Assembly: GCA_963769025.1 (NCBI GenBank)
Contig: CAVYKI010000003.1
Coordinates: 608,001-672,000 of the forward strand
DNA length: 64,000 bases
From: an uncultured Verrucomicrobiae bacterium
GTDB taxonomy: Bacteria; Verrucomicrobiota; Verrucomicrobiia; Chthoniobacterales; Chthoniobacteraceae
Direction: 5' to 3'
The position numbers and the translations under genes were made by a program. The notes under the pieces are model-generated. The model was not told the DNA's origin, did not search any database, and saw nothing but the letters and a program-made list of their open reading frames with translations. Positions 43,141 to 53,064 of the stretch are shown piece by piece. The stretch's first letter is position 1. The number at the start of each line of letters is the position of its first letter.

Positions 43141-44859
43141 ATGAAAACTTCGCGCATCCTCCTTGCATCCATCCACCTCTTTGCGGCGTTCGCCGTCATC
43201 GCCCACGCCGATGACGGTTTTATTTTTTCCACCACGGGGGATGGCCTGAGATGGCGGGCGCCTGTCACGTGGCCCTCGGTTCACCTGCGCATCACCGGCG
43301 ACAAGATTGCTCCTTTCGAGCAAACCGTCGGTTCATCGAGCCAGTTTTCGGTGCCTCTCAGCGGACCGGGCGGGCCAGCCCTGCCGGACGGGGTTTACAA
43401 GTGGGAAGTGGTCGGGCAGCCGGTGATGAGCCCGGCATTGGCCCAGAGCCTCTCCGCCGCCCGAAAAGCGGGCAACGACGCCGCAGCCGCGAGCATTCTG
43501 GCTGCCGCAAACCTGCCCCAAGGCGTCCGGACCTCCGGGGCGTTCAGTGTCCTCAACGGGAAGCTCGTGCCAGCCGACGCGGAGGAGCCTGCCGCCCAGC
43601 AAGCCGCGGCGCCCGCCGGGAATCTTGCCCAAAGCGGTCCGCTCATTCCTCTCTCCGGCGTCGTAGCGCCGGATTCGGTGACCAATGACGACCTGATCGT
43701 GATTGGCAGCCTCGCGGTCGGTCAAGATGCCATAAATGGCGAAAACTTCGGATTCGACACTTTCCGCCTGAAGGAAAACAACCTGCGCATCCATTTTGAC
43801 GACACGAGCAACACCGCCTCGTTTCCCGCCAACGACTGGAGAATTGTCATCAACGACACCACCAACGGAGGTGGCAGTTTTTTCGCCATCGAGGACTCCA
43901 CTGCCAACCGGACGCCCTTTAAAATCGAGGCGGGCGCCAAAACCAATGCCCTCGTCGTCGACGACGCCAGTCGTGTGGGCATTGGCACTGGCACCCCTGT
44001 GGTGAACCTGCACATCGTCACTGGCAATACTCCGACCGCACGGCTGGATCAGGACGGCTCCTCCGGGTTTACGCCGCAGGTTTGGGACATGGCTGGCAAT
44101 GAAACCAATTTCTTCATCCGTGACGTCACCAACGGTTCGAGGCTGCCCTTCCGGATCCGCCCCAACGCGCCGACGAGCAGCATCGATATCGCCGGTAGCG
44201 GCAACGTGGGCTTGGGAACGTCCGCTCCGGCGACAAGACTCCACCTGCAGTCGACTAACACTGACATCGCACTCCGCATCCAGCAGACCGCTGGGACCGT
44301 TCCTTCGAGTTGGGATTTTACCAACAACTCAGCAACGGGACGCCTGAATATCACCGACGACACGACATCCATGCGGATCCCCTTCAAGATGGGCCCCGGT
44401 GCGCCCAATAATCTGTTTCGGATCGGCATTCCCGCCGTGAACACCGTGGAAGTGAACGGCACCCTGACCGTGAATGGGACCTTCAACAACCTGTCGAGCC
44501 GTGAGTTCAAGAATATCGTGCCGGGCGTCGATAGCGCTTCGGTTTTGGAAAAAATCGCCAGCCTGCCGCTTTTCACATGGTCGTACAAGGATAGCAATGG
44601 GGAGCGCCACTTCGGCCCCGTGGCCGAGGATTTCTATGCGCATTTCCAGCTCGGGACGGATGAGAAACACATCTCGCCAAACGACATGGCGGGAGTCGCG
44701 CTGGGCGCGATCAAGGGCCTCCATGAGCAGCTCCGGGAGCGGGATGCCCAGATCAAGACCCTGCGCCAGAAGAGCGACACGCTCGAACAGCAGATGAAGG
44801 CGCTGACCGAAGCGGTCGAAGCATTGAAGGTGGGAAGCCCTACGAAAGCCTCGCCCTAA
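43141..44859 (+). CDS. Secreted fibre-like protein with a C-terminal peptidase S74 intramolecular chaperone and coiled coil
   Basis: Signal peptide; VGIGTGTP...LH and VGLGTSAP...LH repeats; SSREFKN...W.Y...HFGPVAEDF; heptad tail. Confidence 0.85.
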   Translation: MKTSRILLASIHLFAAFAVIAHADDGFIFSTTGDGLRWRAPVTWPSVHLRITGDKIAPFEQTVGSSSQFSVPLSGPGGPALPDGVYKWEVVGQPVMSPALAQSLSAARKAGNDAAAASILAAANLPQGVRTSGAFSVLNGKLVPADAEEPAAQQAAAPAGNLAQSGPLIPLSGVVAPDSVTNDDLIVIGSLAVGQDAINGENFGFDTFRLKENNLRIHFDDTSNTASFPANDWRIVINDTTNGGGSFFAIEDSTANRTPFKIEAGAKTNALVVDDASRVGIGTGTPVVNLHIVTGNTPTARLDQDGSSGFTPQVWDMAGNETNFFIRDVTNGSRLPFRIRPNAPTSSIDIAGSGNVGLGTSAPATRLHLQSTNTDIALRIQQTAGTVPSSWDFTNNSATGRLNITDDTTSMRIPFKMGPGAPNNLFRIGIPAVNTVEVNGTLTVNGTFNNLSSREFKNIVPGVDSASVLEKIASLPLFTWSYKDSNGERHFGPVAEDFYAHFQLGTDEKHISPNDMAGVALGAIKGLHEQLRERDAQIKTLRQKSDTLEQQMKALTEAVEALKVGSPTKASP

Positions 44860-44875
44860 AGCGGCGTTCGCGCTG

Positions 44876-47800
44876 ATGATCGCGCATGGAAAGTGGGAAT
44901 GCGGCGTGCATTTGCTGACGGGCGTCGCGCTCGCCTGGCTGGGAGCGGGACAGCTGGGCGCGCAGAACGCGGTCGATCCGATCCTCGGCTCGATCCGGCA
45001 GCTCGAGGATAAGAGCGATCCCAAGTGCCATGCCACCGCATCGCGGCTGGAGAACTTCATGTTCGGAACGCCGCTCACCGACGCGGTGCGTTTCCAGAAA
45101 AACGGGTATCTGAAGGAGTTCATCCGCGGCGCATGGGCACGGGCTTCGGAGCTTGCCCGCGAGCAGAATGCGACGGAAATCGACGCGGCGGTGATGACGA
45201 AGGCCTTCGCCTCCGAACCGGAAGTCGTGGAGGAAAAAGGCGAGTTCGTGGTCAAGACCTCGCCGGCTCCGATCCGCATTGGTTCGCGTGACAAGCGCCA
45301 GTATTCCAGCGTGGCTTACGCGCTTCGCGCCATCCTGGCGGTCCAGCAGGAGGCTTCGCTGAGCGAAGGCCGCCTGTCGCTCGTGCCGCTCAAGCCGGAG
45401 GCCGTCGCGGCGCTCAAGGAGCGGGCCGACATCTATGTGCTCGCTTTGCTCAATCTCGCCGATCGCCATGCGCGAAAGGAAGTTCGCTTTGAGATCGGCC
45501 CCGGGGACATGGAGCAAGGCTGGAAGGAACTCGGCCTGACGGGCACTCCCGCGCCAAAGTCCGGCCCGTCGAAGACCGGCAAGGATTCGCTGCTGCGGGC
45601 CGTCATCACCCAGAAAGTCGCATCCTTTGCGGCTTACAATCAGGTTTCCAACGAGCTGTTTGTGCGGAACCTCCAGGTCTATTTTGCCAAGCGGCGGTGG
45701 CCGGAAACGGCGGAGCAGGGAAAGCAGGTGAAGGATTTTTTTGTAAATGCAGTCGTGGGTTTTGGCGCTGCACTCTACGAAGCGGCCCAGGAGCGTGCGC
45801 GGACCCGGGGCGACACCCTGGTGAGGGAGGAGGATGTCTTCGACGCAGTGCAGCGTTTCACGCCCTATAGCGTCAACGAATACGAGGATGTGGTCTTTTT
45901 CCCACGCTTGGAAAAGGAGCGGCTGACGATCGAGGCGTACGACTTGGATTCATTCCGGGACAGCGGGTTCCACTGGACCTATCTCGGTTTCGCGCTCGAT
46001 GACATGGGAGGCAAACTGGCGATCGATGCGGATCCCTTCGCGGCTGAATTGCTCTCCGAGTCCATCGCGCAGTTCGGAGTGCTGCTGCTTCGGATGGCCG
46101 GCCAGGTCGCGATCGATGCCTCGCAGGAGAGGCTCTCGATTTCCGCCTTTGAGTCCGCGATGACCGAGATGCAGCGGCGCATCGTTCTGCACGGCGAGGC
46201 GCCGCTCCGGAAACCCAAGGAAGTGGCAATCGCGTCTTCTGCGACGCCGCGCGAATCGTCCACGGGGGCCAGGTTTTTTTCCGACGTCACGACTGAGGCT
46301 GGGATCCAGTTCGAGCACCGTTCCTCGGATTGGCTCTCGCGTCTCCTGAGAGGCTATCTGACGAAGCCGGACGGGAAAGGAGTCATCACAATCCCGCCGG
46401 CCTTTGGAGGTGCCGGACTTGCCGCCGAGGACATCGACAACGACGGCGACATCGACCTGATCGTTCTCAGCGGAGCCGGCAACCGCCTTTACCTGAACGA
46501 TGGAAAGGGCGTCTTCACCGATGCGACCGCGACCTCAGGGCTCGACTGGCGCCGTCCGGACGGTCACCCCGGCGAGCCGCGCCAGCCGATCATTGCCGAC
46601 TTTGACAATGACGGCATCCAGGACGTGCTCATCACCTACGTGGACGATGCCCACCGGCTTTATATGGGGCTTGGGAATGGCCGGTTCAAGGACGTCACCG
46701 ATGGGTGCGCCCTCGGCGGCCAAGGCGTGGTGGGCGGCCCGGTCACCGTGCTCGACGTGGACAAGGATGGCCTGCTGGATATCTACCTCGGTTACTTCGG
46801 CGATTATCCCCGCGGGGTGCTGCCGACGCTCGCGCGGCGCAACCGGAATGGCTTGCCGAACAAATTGTTCCGAAATCTCGGGGGCATGCGCTTTGAAGAC
46901 ATTTCCGAAAAAAGCGGGACGGCCGACCGGGGCTGGGCGCAGTCGGTCGGGCATACCGACTTCGATGGGGACGGATGGCAGGACATCATCGTGGGAAATG
47001 ATTTCGGGGTGAACGTGTACTACCGGAACCGGCACGACGGCACCTTTGAGGATGTCGCCGAAAAAATGGGTGCCTCCAAGCCGTCCTTTACCATGGGAAT
47101 CGGCATCGCGGATCTGAACCGGGATGGCATCCCTGACATCTACATCGCCAACATCGTGACGATGAACAAGGATCAGAAATATGTCCTGCCCACCGAGGAC
47201 ACGGTCCAGACGTTCGACCTGCGCAAGCTGGCGAACATGCGCGTGGTGGAAGCCAACGACCTCTTCATCTCGACGCGCGGCGCAAGCGGGCTTCCCCGTT
47301 ACGAACTCTCGAATCTGGTGGACCGGGGCTATTCCTCCACGGGGTGGTCGTGGGGCGCGGATTTCTTCGATTTCGACCACGATGGCGACGAGGATCTCTA
47401 CGTGCTCAACGGCATGAACGACTTCAACGTCTATGGCCGGGAAAACCCCTATTACACGGACCCGCACAGCGATCAGAAAGTAGCGGTCACCTTCCCGCCC
47501 AGTCAGCGGGAAAAGAATGTGCTTTTCATCAACGACGCCGGCCGGTTCCAGGACGCGAGCGATCAGAGCGGGCTCGACATCCTTTCCAACTCCAGGAGCG
47601 CCGCCTACTTCGACTTTGACGGGGATGGCGACCTCGATATCGCCATCAACAACTATCACGGACCGGCGGTCCTGTTTCGCAATAACACCAATTCCAGAGC
47701 CGGTTCATGGCTGAGCATCCGCCTCACCGGCGACCCCAAGCGGGGAGTCTCCCGCGACGCGATCGGCGCCACCGTCCTCGTCAGCGGCGAAAAACTGAAG

Positions 47801-48013
47801 AACATCTGGCGCGAAGTCCACACGACCACCGGCTATCTCACCGGGCACCCGAAGGAGCAGCATTTTGGCGTCGGCCACGAGAAGGCGCTCTCCGCCGAAG
47901 TGCGCTGGCCCGACGGTCAGGTGCAGCGCTTTGCCGACGTGAAACCCGGGATGCGCTACCGGTTGGTTCAAGGCCAGAAACTCGAGGCCTCGACACCGGA
48001 CGATCCGCGTTGA
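44876..48013 (+). CDS. CRTAC1-like FG-GAP/ASPIC-UnbV protein with an N-terminal helical (histone-fold-like) region
   Basis: Repeated D-x-D-N/G-D-G-x-x-D Ca-binding blades; DAIGATV...HFGVG...EVRWPDG ASPIC tail. Confidence 0.88.
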   Translation: MIAHGKWECGVHLLTGVALAWLGAGQLGAQNAVDPILGSIRQLEDKSDPKCHATASRLENFMFGTPLTDAVRFQKNGYLKEFIRGAWARASELAREQNATEIDAAVMTKAFASEPEVVEEKGEFVVKTSPAPIRIGSRDKRQYSSVAYALRAILAVQQEASLSEGRLSLVPLKPEAVAALKERADIYVLALLNLADRHARKEVRFEIGPGDMEQGWKELGLTGTPAPKSGPSKTGKDSLLRAVITQKVASFAAYNQVSNELFVRNLQVYFAKRRWPETAEQGKQVKDFFVNAVVGFGAALYEAAQERARTRGDTLVREEDVFDAVQRFTPYSVNEYEDVVFFPRLEKERLTIEAYDLDSFRDSGFHWTYLGFALDDMGGKLAIDADPFAAELLSESIAQFGVLLLRMAGQVAIDASQERLSISAFESAMTEMQRRIVLHGEAPLRKPKEVAIASSATPRESSTGARFFSDVTTEAGIQFEHRSSDWLSRLLRGYLTKPDGKGVITIPPAFGGAGLAAEDIDNDGDIDLIVLSGAGNRLYLNDGKGVFTDATATSGLDWRRPDGHPGEPRQPIIADFDNDGIQDVLITYVDDAHRLYMGLGNGRFKDVTDGCALGGQGVVGGPVTVLDVDKDGLLDIYLGYFGDYPRGVLPTLARRNRNGLPNKLFRNLGGMRFEDISEKSGTADRGWAQSVGHTDFDGDGWQDIIVGNDFGVNVYYRNRHDGTFEDVAEKMGASKPSFTMGIGIADLNRDGIPDIYIANIVTMNKDQKYVLPTEDTVQTFDLRKLANMRVVEANDLFISTRGASGLPRYELSNLVDRGYSSTGWSWGADFFDFDHDGDEDLYVLNGMNDFNVYGRENPYYTDPHSDQKVAVTFPPSQREKNVLFINDAGRFQDASDQSGLDILSNSRSAAYFDFDGDGDLDIAINNYHGPAVLFRNNTNSRAGSWLSIRLTGDPKRGVSRDAIGATVLVSGEKLKNIWREVHTTTGYLTGHPKEQHFGVGHEKALSAEVRWPDGQVQRFADVKPGMRYRLVQGQKLEASTPDDPR

Positions 48014-48174
48014 TCCTCTCCCGCAAACATCGCGTCGCGGAGCGTTGACGAGCCCGCCGCCGCGATCCGGACCCAGTCAAAATCGAGGATCAGCGTGCAC
48101 GGTTCATCGATGGAAATGCCGCCGGCGTCGGGGGATTCGGCGCGTTGGTCCGGCGAGCACGCACGCCCGTCCGA

Positions 48175-49053
48175 TCAGCGCTTTTCGTAGAGCAGGAAAA
48201 GCCCCGAGTGATCCACCTCGCCGTGGCCTTCCTCGTGGACGAATTTTTCCCACTGCGCGCGGCAGTTGTCCAAGGTCGGCGACTTGAACCCGAGCGACTC
48301 CGCGAGTTCGCAAATGAGGCGCACGTCCTTCAGTTGCAGCGAGGAGCGTCCGCCGGGGGCGAAATCCCGCCGCGCCATGCGGTCGCCGTGCAGGTTGAGG
48401 ATGCGGCTTTCTGCAAACCCGCCGAGCAGCGCCTCGCGCACCTTCGCGGCATCGAGGCCCGCGAGTTCCGCGAGCCGCAGCGCCTGCGCGACGGCGTCAA
48501 TCGTCTGCGCGACGATGAGTTGGTTCGCGAGTTTCGTCACCTGCCCCGAGCCGGCTGGGCCAAGGTGCGTGATGCGCTTTCCGACCGTCTGCAAAATCGG
48601 CAGGGCGCGCTGAAATGCCGCTTCGGTGCCACCGGCCATGATGGTGAGGTCGCCCGCCTCCGCGCCGACCTGACCGCCGGAGACCGGGGCATCCACCCAC
48701 GTGACGCGACGCGCAAACTCCTTCGTCTCCGGCACGCCAGTCGTGCCGAAATCGATGATCATCGCGCACGGGCTGAGTCCTTCGATGAGACCGCCGTCGC
48801 CGAAGACGACCTTCTGCACGACATCGGTCGTCGTGAGGTTGATGCAGATCACACCGTCGCCGACTTCGCACGCGAGTTCCGGAAGCGTCGCCGCGCGCTT
48901 CATGCCGAGCGCGACCGCAGCCTCCGCGGACGCGTCGCTGCGATTCCACACCACGACGTCGGCTCCGACCGCGTGCAGATGCCGCGCCATCGCACGGCCC
49001 ATGTTGCCGAGCCCGGCGAATCCGATCTTGTGTCCTGAAAGTGGCTTGCCCAT
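48175..49053 (-). CDS. Beta-hydroxyacid dehydrogenase (tartronate semialdehyde reductase / 3-HIBADH family)
   Basis: GLGNMG, DAPVSGG, GSGQVTKLANQ, GGFAESRIL, LKD. Confidence 0.92.
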   Translation of the reverse strand: MGKPLSGHKIGFAGLGNMGRAMARHLHAVGADVVVWNRSDASAEAAVALGMKRAATLPELACEVGDGVICINLTTTDVVQKVVFGDGGLIEGLSPCAMIIDFGTTGVPETKEFARRVTWVDAPVSGGQVGAEAGDLTIMAGGTEAAFQRALPILQTVGKRITHLGPAGSGQVTKLANQLIVAQTIDAVAQALRLAELAGLDAAKVREALLGGFAESRILNLHGDRMARRDFAPGGRSSLQLKDVRLICELAESLGFKSPTLDNCRAQWEKFVHEEGHGEVDHSGLFLLYEKR

Positions 49054-49116
49054 GAGCAGGCGCGCAGTCCACACCGGGACCGCACGCATTGCAAATCACG
49101 TTCCCTCGACCCACGC

Positions 49117-50103
49117 ATGAAAGTCATCATCACCGGCGGCGGCGGCTTCCTCGGCTCGCAGCTCTGCCGGAAACTCATCGAACGCGGCGCGCTCACCGGC
49201 CCCTCCGGCTCCGCGGAGAAAATCGACGAGATCGTGCTGCTGGATGCCGTCTTCCCCCGCCCTTCCATCGATCCCCGCGTGCGGCAAATGAAGGGTGACA
49301 TCAGCAATCGCGACACCGTCTTTTCCGCCATCGGCACCGACGCCGCGACGGCGATCTTCCACCTCGCGTCCATGGTCAGCGGCGAATGCGAAGAGCGTTT
49401 CGACGACGCCCTGCGCGTGAATCTCGACGGCGGACGCAACGTCTTCGAGGCCGCCCGCGCGGCGGCCGGACGTCCGCGCGTGGTCTTCGCCAGCAGCATC
49501 GCGTGCTTCGGCGGCGAGGCCATGCAGGACCCGAACACCGATCGCACGAAGCTCGCGCCGCAGACCACCTACGGCATGACCAAGGCCATCTGCGAACTCA
49601 TGCTGAACGACCACTCGCGCAAAGGTCACTTTGACGGACGCTCCGCGCGGCTGCCGACCGTGATCATCCGCCCCGGCAAGCCAAATGCCGCCGCGTCGGG
49701 CTGGGCCAGCGGGATGTTCCGCGAGCCGCTCAATGGCGAGCCGTGCCTGCTGCCCGTGCGCCGCGAGCAATGCCATCCGATGACCGGCTACCGCACCGTC
49801 ATCGAATCGCTCATCGCGCTGCACGAGGTGCCCGCCGATCGCTTCCGCGACGACCGCGCCATCGGCCTTCCCGCACACCGCGTCACGCCGCAGCTCGCCG
49901 AGTCCGTCCTTCGCGAAGTCGCCGAGGAACGCGGCCTGAGCCTCGGGCCGATCAAGGATGCCTTCGACGCCCGCATCCAGGGCATCGTGGACAACTGGCC
50001 CGTCGCCGTGGACGGCTCGCGCGCCATCGCGCTCGGCCTCCCGTCACCGCCTCCGCTGAAAGACATCGTCGGGCAATATCTCGAGGACTTCGGGAAACGG
50101 TAA
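49117..50103 (+). CDS. Extended SDR, D-erythronate dehydrogenase (DenD)-like
   Basis: TGGGGFLG, HLASMVSGECE, YGMTK, RLPTVIIRPGKPNAAAS, REPL. Confidence 0.8.
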   Translation: MKVIITGGGGFLGSQLCRKLIERGALTGPSGSAEKIDEIVLLDAVFPRPSIDPRVRQMKGDISNRDTVFSAIGTDAATAIFHLASMVSGECEERFDDALRVNLDGGRNVFEAARAAAGRPRVVFASSIACFGGEAMQDPNTDRTKLAPQTTYGMTKAICELMLNDHSRKGHFDGRSARLPTVIIRPGKPNAAASGWASGMFREPLNGEPCLLPVRREQCHPMTGYRTVIESLIALHEVPADRFRDDRAIGLPAHRVTPQLAESVLREVAEERGLSLGPIKDAFDARIQGIVDNWPVAVDGSRAIALGLPSPPPLKDIVGQYLEDFGKR

Positions 50104-50202
50104 CGTTCCTCCCGGAGCCGGCGCAACGCGGGGGCGGACTCACGCGATGGACGAAGTTTTTAATTCCCGCGCGGTGGCAAAATGGTGCATTGGAGAGGAC
50201 CG

Positions 50203-51363
50203 ATGCGGATTTTCGTCCCCACAGAAACCGACCCCTCCGAACGCCGGGTGGCGATCGTCCCGGTCACCGTGCCGAAACTCGTCGCGCTGGGCGCGCAGGT
50301 GGAAATCGAAGCGGGGCTTGGCGAGCGCATCCATTTTTCCGACGAAGAGTACCGCCTGGCAGGTGCCACTGTCGTCACCGACCGCCGGCAGGGCCTCGCT
50401 TCCGCGGACATGGTGCTGCGGCTCGGCAAGCCCGCAGCCACCGAGCTCTCGTCGCTCAGGCGAGGCTGCCTCCACATCAGCTTTCTCGATCCATTCACGG
50501 ATGTGGAAATCGTGCGAAGTCTCGCTGCGGCCGGCGCGAGCGCGATTTGCATGGAGATGATCCCGCGCTCGACGATCGCGCAGAAGATGGACGCGCTGAG
50601 TTCGCAGGCGAGCCTCGGCGGCTACGTGGCGGTGCTGCTCGGGGCGAACCGGCTCGACCGCATTTTCCCGATGATGATGACGCCCGCCGGGACGATCCCG
50701 CCGGCGAAGGTTTTCATCATCGGCGTCGGCGTCGCCGGCCTCCAGGCCATCGCCACCGCGAAGCGGCTCGGCGCGGTGGTCGAGGCGTTCGACACACGGC
50801 CCGTCGTCGAGGAGCAGGTGAAATCGCTCGGCGCGAAATTTGTGAAAGTGGACCTCGGCGACACTGGGCAGACGGCGCAGGGCTACGCGAAGGAACTGAC
50901 GCCCGAGCAGCTCGCGAAACAGCGCGAGGTCATGGAGCTGCGTTGCGCGCAGGCGGACCTCGTCATCACCACCGCGCAGGTCTTCGGCCGCAAGGCGCCG
51001 GTCATTTTGACAACCGCCGTGGTGGAGAAAATGAAGCCCGGCAGCATCGTCGTGGACATGGCGGTGGAGACGGGCGGCAACGTCGAGTGCTCGCGCCTCG
51101 ACGAGGAAGTCGTCGTGAAAGGCGTGCGGGTGCTCGGCTACCGGAACCTCGCAGGGCGCGTCGCCCGCGCGGCGAGCTCGATGTATTCCAGCAATCTCGC
51201 GAACCTCGTGGAGCACTTCTGGGATCGTGAGGCGAAAAGCTTCCGCCTCGATCCGGCGAACGAAATCCTGAAGGACTGCCTCGTCACGCACGGCGGCGCC
51301 ATCGTGAACGAACGCCTCCGCGCACTCTCCAGTTCACAGCCCGCAGCCGCCATTTCCCCATGA
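50203..51363 (+). CDS. pntA: NAD(P) transhydrogenase alpha subunit, part 1
   Basis: ERRVA, PRSTIAQKMDALSSQ, MMTPAGT, GVGVAGLQAIATAKRLGA, GGNVE. Confidence 0.95.
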   Translation: MRIFVPTETDPSERRVAIVPVTVPKLVALGAQVEIEAGLGERIHFSDEEYRLAGATVVTDRRQGLASADMVLRLGKPAATELSSLRRGCLHISFLDPFTDVEIVRSLAAAGASAICMEMIPRSTIAQKMDALSSQASLGGYVAVLLGANRLDRIFPMMMTPAGTIPPAKVFIIGVGVAGLQAIATAKRLGAVVEAFDTRPVVEEQVKSLGAKFVKVDLGDTGQTAQGYAKELTPEQLAKQREVMELRCAQADLVITTAQVFGRKAPVILTTAVVEKMKPGSIVVDMAVETGGNVECSRLDEEVVVKGVRVLGYRNLAGRVARAASSMYSSNLANLVEHFWDREAKSFRLDPANEILKDCLVTHGGAIVNERLRALSSSQPAAAISP

Positions 51364-51665
51364 ACTCGCTCATGTCCGGCCTCTACGTCTTCGCCCTCTC
51401 GGCGTTTCTCGGCTACCTCGTGATCTCGCGCGTGCCGCCGCTGCTGCACACGCCGCTGATGTCCGCGACGAACGCGATCTCCGGCATCTCGCTCGTCGGC
51501 TCGCTCGTCACCGCAGGCGGAGACCACGGCGTGCTCAGCACGGTGCTCGGCGTGACGGCGGTCGCTGCCGCGACGATCAATGTCGTGGGCGGATTCTGGA
51601 TCACCGAGCGGATGCTTCGGTTCTTCCGGCGAAAGGAAACGCCACCGGCGAAGCAGAAGGAGTAG
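51360..51665 (+). CDS. pntA: NAD(P) transhydrogenase alpha subunit, part 2
   Basis: LHTPLMSATNAISG, NVVGGFWITERML. Confidence 0.95.
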   Translation: MNSLMSGLYVFALSAFLGYLVISRVPPLLHTPLMSATNAISGISLVGSLVTAGGDHGVLSTVLGVTAVAAATINVVGGFWITERMLRFFRRKETPPAKQKE

Positions 51666-51672
51666 GCGCGCC

Positions 51673-53046
51673 ATGCACGATTACTTCGTCGAGTTCAGCT
51701 ACCTGTTCGCGTCGGTCTTCTTCATCATCGGGCTGAAGAGCCTGAGCCACCCAGACACCGCGCGCCGCGGGATGCACCTCGCGGAGATCGGCATGCTGCT
51801 GGCGATCATCGGCACGCTGCTGCACAAGGACATCATCTCCTACGAGTGGATCGTCGTCGGCCTGGTCATCGGCGGAACCATCGGCGGAATTCTCGCGCAG
51901 CGCGTGGCCATGACTGCGCTGCCGCAGCTCACCGCGCTCTCGCACGCCTTCGGCGCGCTCGCGGCCACGCTCGTCGGCATCGCCGAGTACGCCCGTCACG
52001 GCGCGGACATCGGGGCGCCGAAGATGATCGCCATCGGCATCGAGGTGCTGCTCGGAGCGCTGACGACCACCGGGAGCGTCATCGCGGCCGCGAAGCTGCA
52101 CGAGCTCATGCGCGGCCAGCCGATCACTTTCAAAGGCCAGAACTATGTGAACCTCGGCATCCTCGCAGTCGCGCTCGGCGCGCTCGTGGTCCTGCTCTTC
52201 AGTCCCGGCGCGGCGTTCGCCTTTTACCTCATGCTGGCGCTCGCGCTGATCTTCGGGCTCATGCTCGTGCTGCCCATTGCCGCCGCGGACATGCCGGTCG
52301 TCATGTCGCTGCTGAACGCCTACGCCGGCCTCGCCGCGACCGCGACCGGCTTCGCCATTTCAAACAACGTGCTGATCATCGCGGGCACGCTCAACGGCTT
52401 CTCCGGCTTCATCCTCTCCGTGCTCATGTGCCGCGCGATGAACCGCTCCATCACCAACGTCATCTTCGGCGCATTCGGAAGCGCCACCGGCGCCGCGACC
52501 GCATTCGCAGGCGGCGAGGCCCGCGAAATCAATCTCGAGGACGCCGCGACGCAGCTCGCGTACGCGCGGCAGGTCGTCTTCGTCCCCGGCTACGGCATGG
52601 CCACCGCGCAGGCGCAGCACGTCGTCCGCGAGCTGGCGTCCGTTTTGGAAGAGCGCGGCGTGACGGTGAAATATGCGATCCATCCCGTCGCCGGCCGCAT
52701 GCCGGGCCACATGAACGTGCTGCTCGCCGAGGCCGACGTGCCATATTCGCAGCTCTACGAACTCGAGCAGATCAACTCCGACTTTCCCAACACCGATGTC
52801 GCCATGGTCATCGGCGCCAACGACGTGGTGAACCCCGACGCCCGCGACAATCCCGGCAGCCCCATCGCCGGCATGCCGATCCTCGACGTGGATCGCGCGC
52901 GCTCCGTCATCGTGCTCAAGCGCGGAAAGGGAAAGGGCTTCGCCGGAATCGAGAACCCGCTCTTTTTCAAGCCGAACACCGGGATGCTCTACGGCGACGC
53001 GAAGGGCTCGCTCAGCAAGCTCGTGCAAGCTGTCGAGCAGGCGTAG
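51673..53046 (+). CDS. pntB: NAD(P) transhydrogenase beta subunit
   Basis: ADMPVV, VPGYGMA, IHPVAGRMPGHMNVLLAEA, GANDVVNP. Confidence 0.96.
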   Translation: MHDYFVEFSYLFASVFFIIGLKSLSHPDTARRGMHLAEIGMLLAIIGTLLHKDIISYEWIVVGLVIGGTIGGILAQRVAMTALPQLTALSHAFGALAATLVGIAEYARHGADIGAPKMIAIGIEVLLGALTTTGSVIAAAKLHELMRGQPITFKGQNYVNLGILAVALGALVVLLFSPGAAFAFYLMLALALIFGLMLVLPIAAADMPVVMSLLNAYAGLAATATGFAISNNVLIIAGTLNGFSGFILSVLMCRAMNRSITNVIFGAFGSATGAATAFAGGEAREINLEDAATQLAYARQVVFVPGYGMATAQAQHVVRELASVLEERGVTVKYAIHPVAGRMPGHMNVLLAEADVPYSQLYELEQINSDFPNTDVAMVIGANDVVNPDARDNPGSPIAGMPILDVDRARSVIVLKRGKGKGFAGIENPLFFKPNTGMLYGDAKGSLSKLVQAVEQA

Positions 53047-53064
53047 TCCGCAACGAGCGCGCGC

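Noticed and set aside
43141..44859. Prophage
   Set aside because: The S74 protein has a signal peptide and there are no capsid, terminase or integrase genes nearby.
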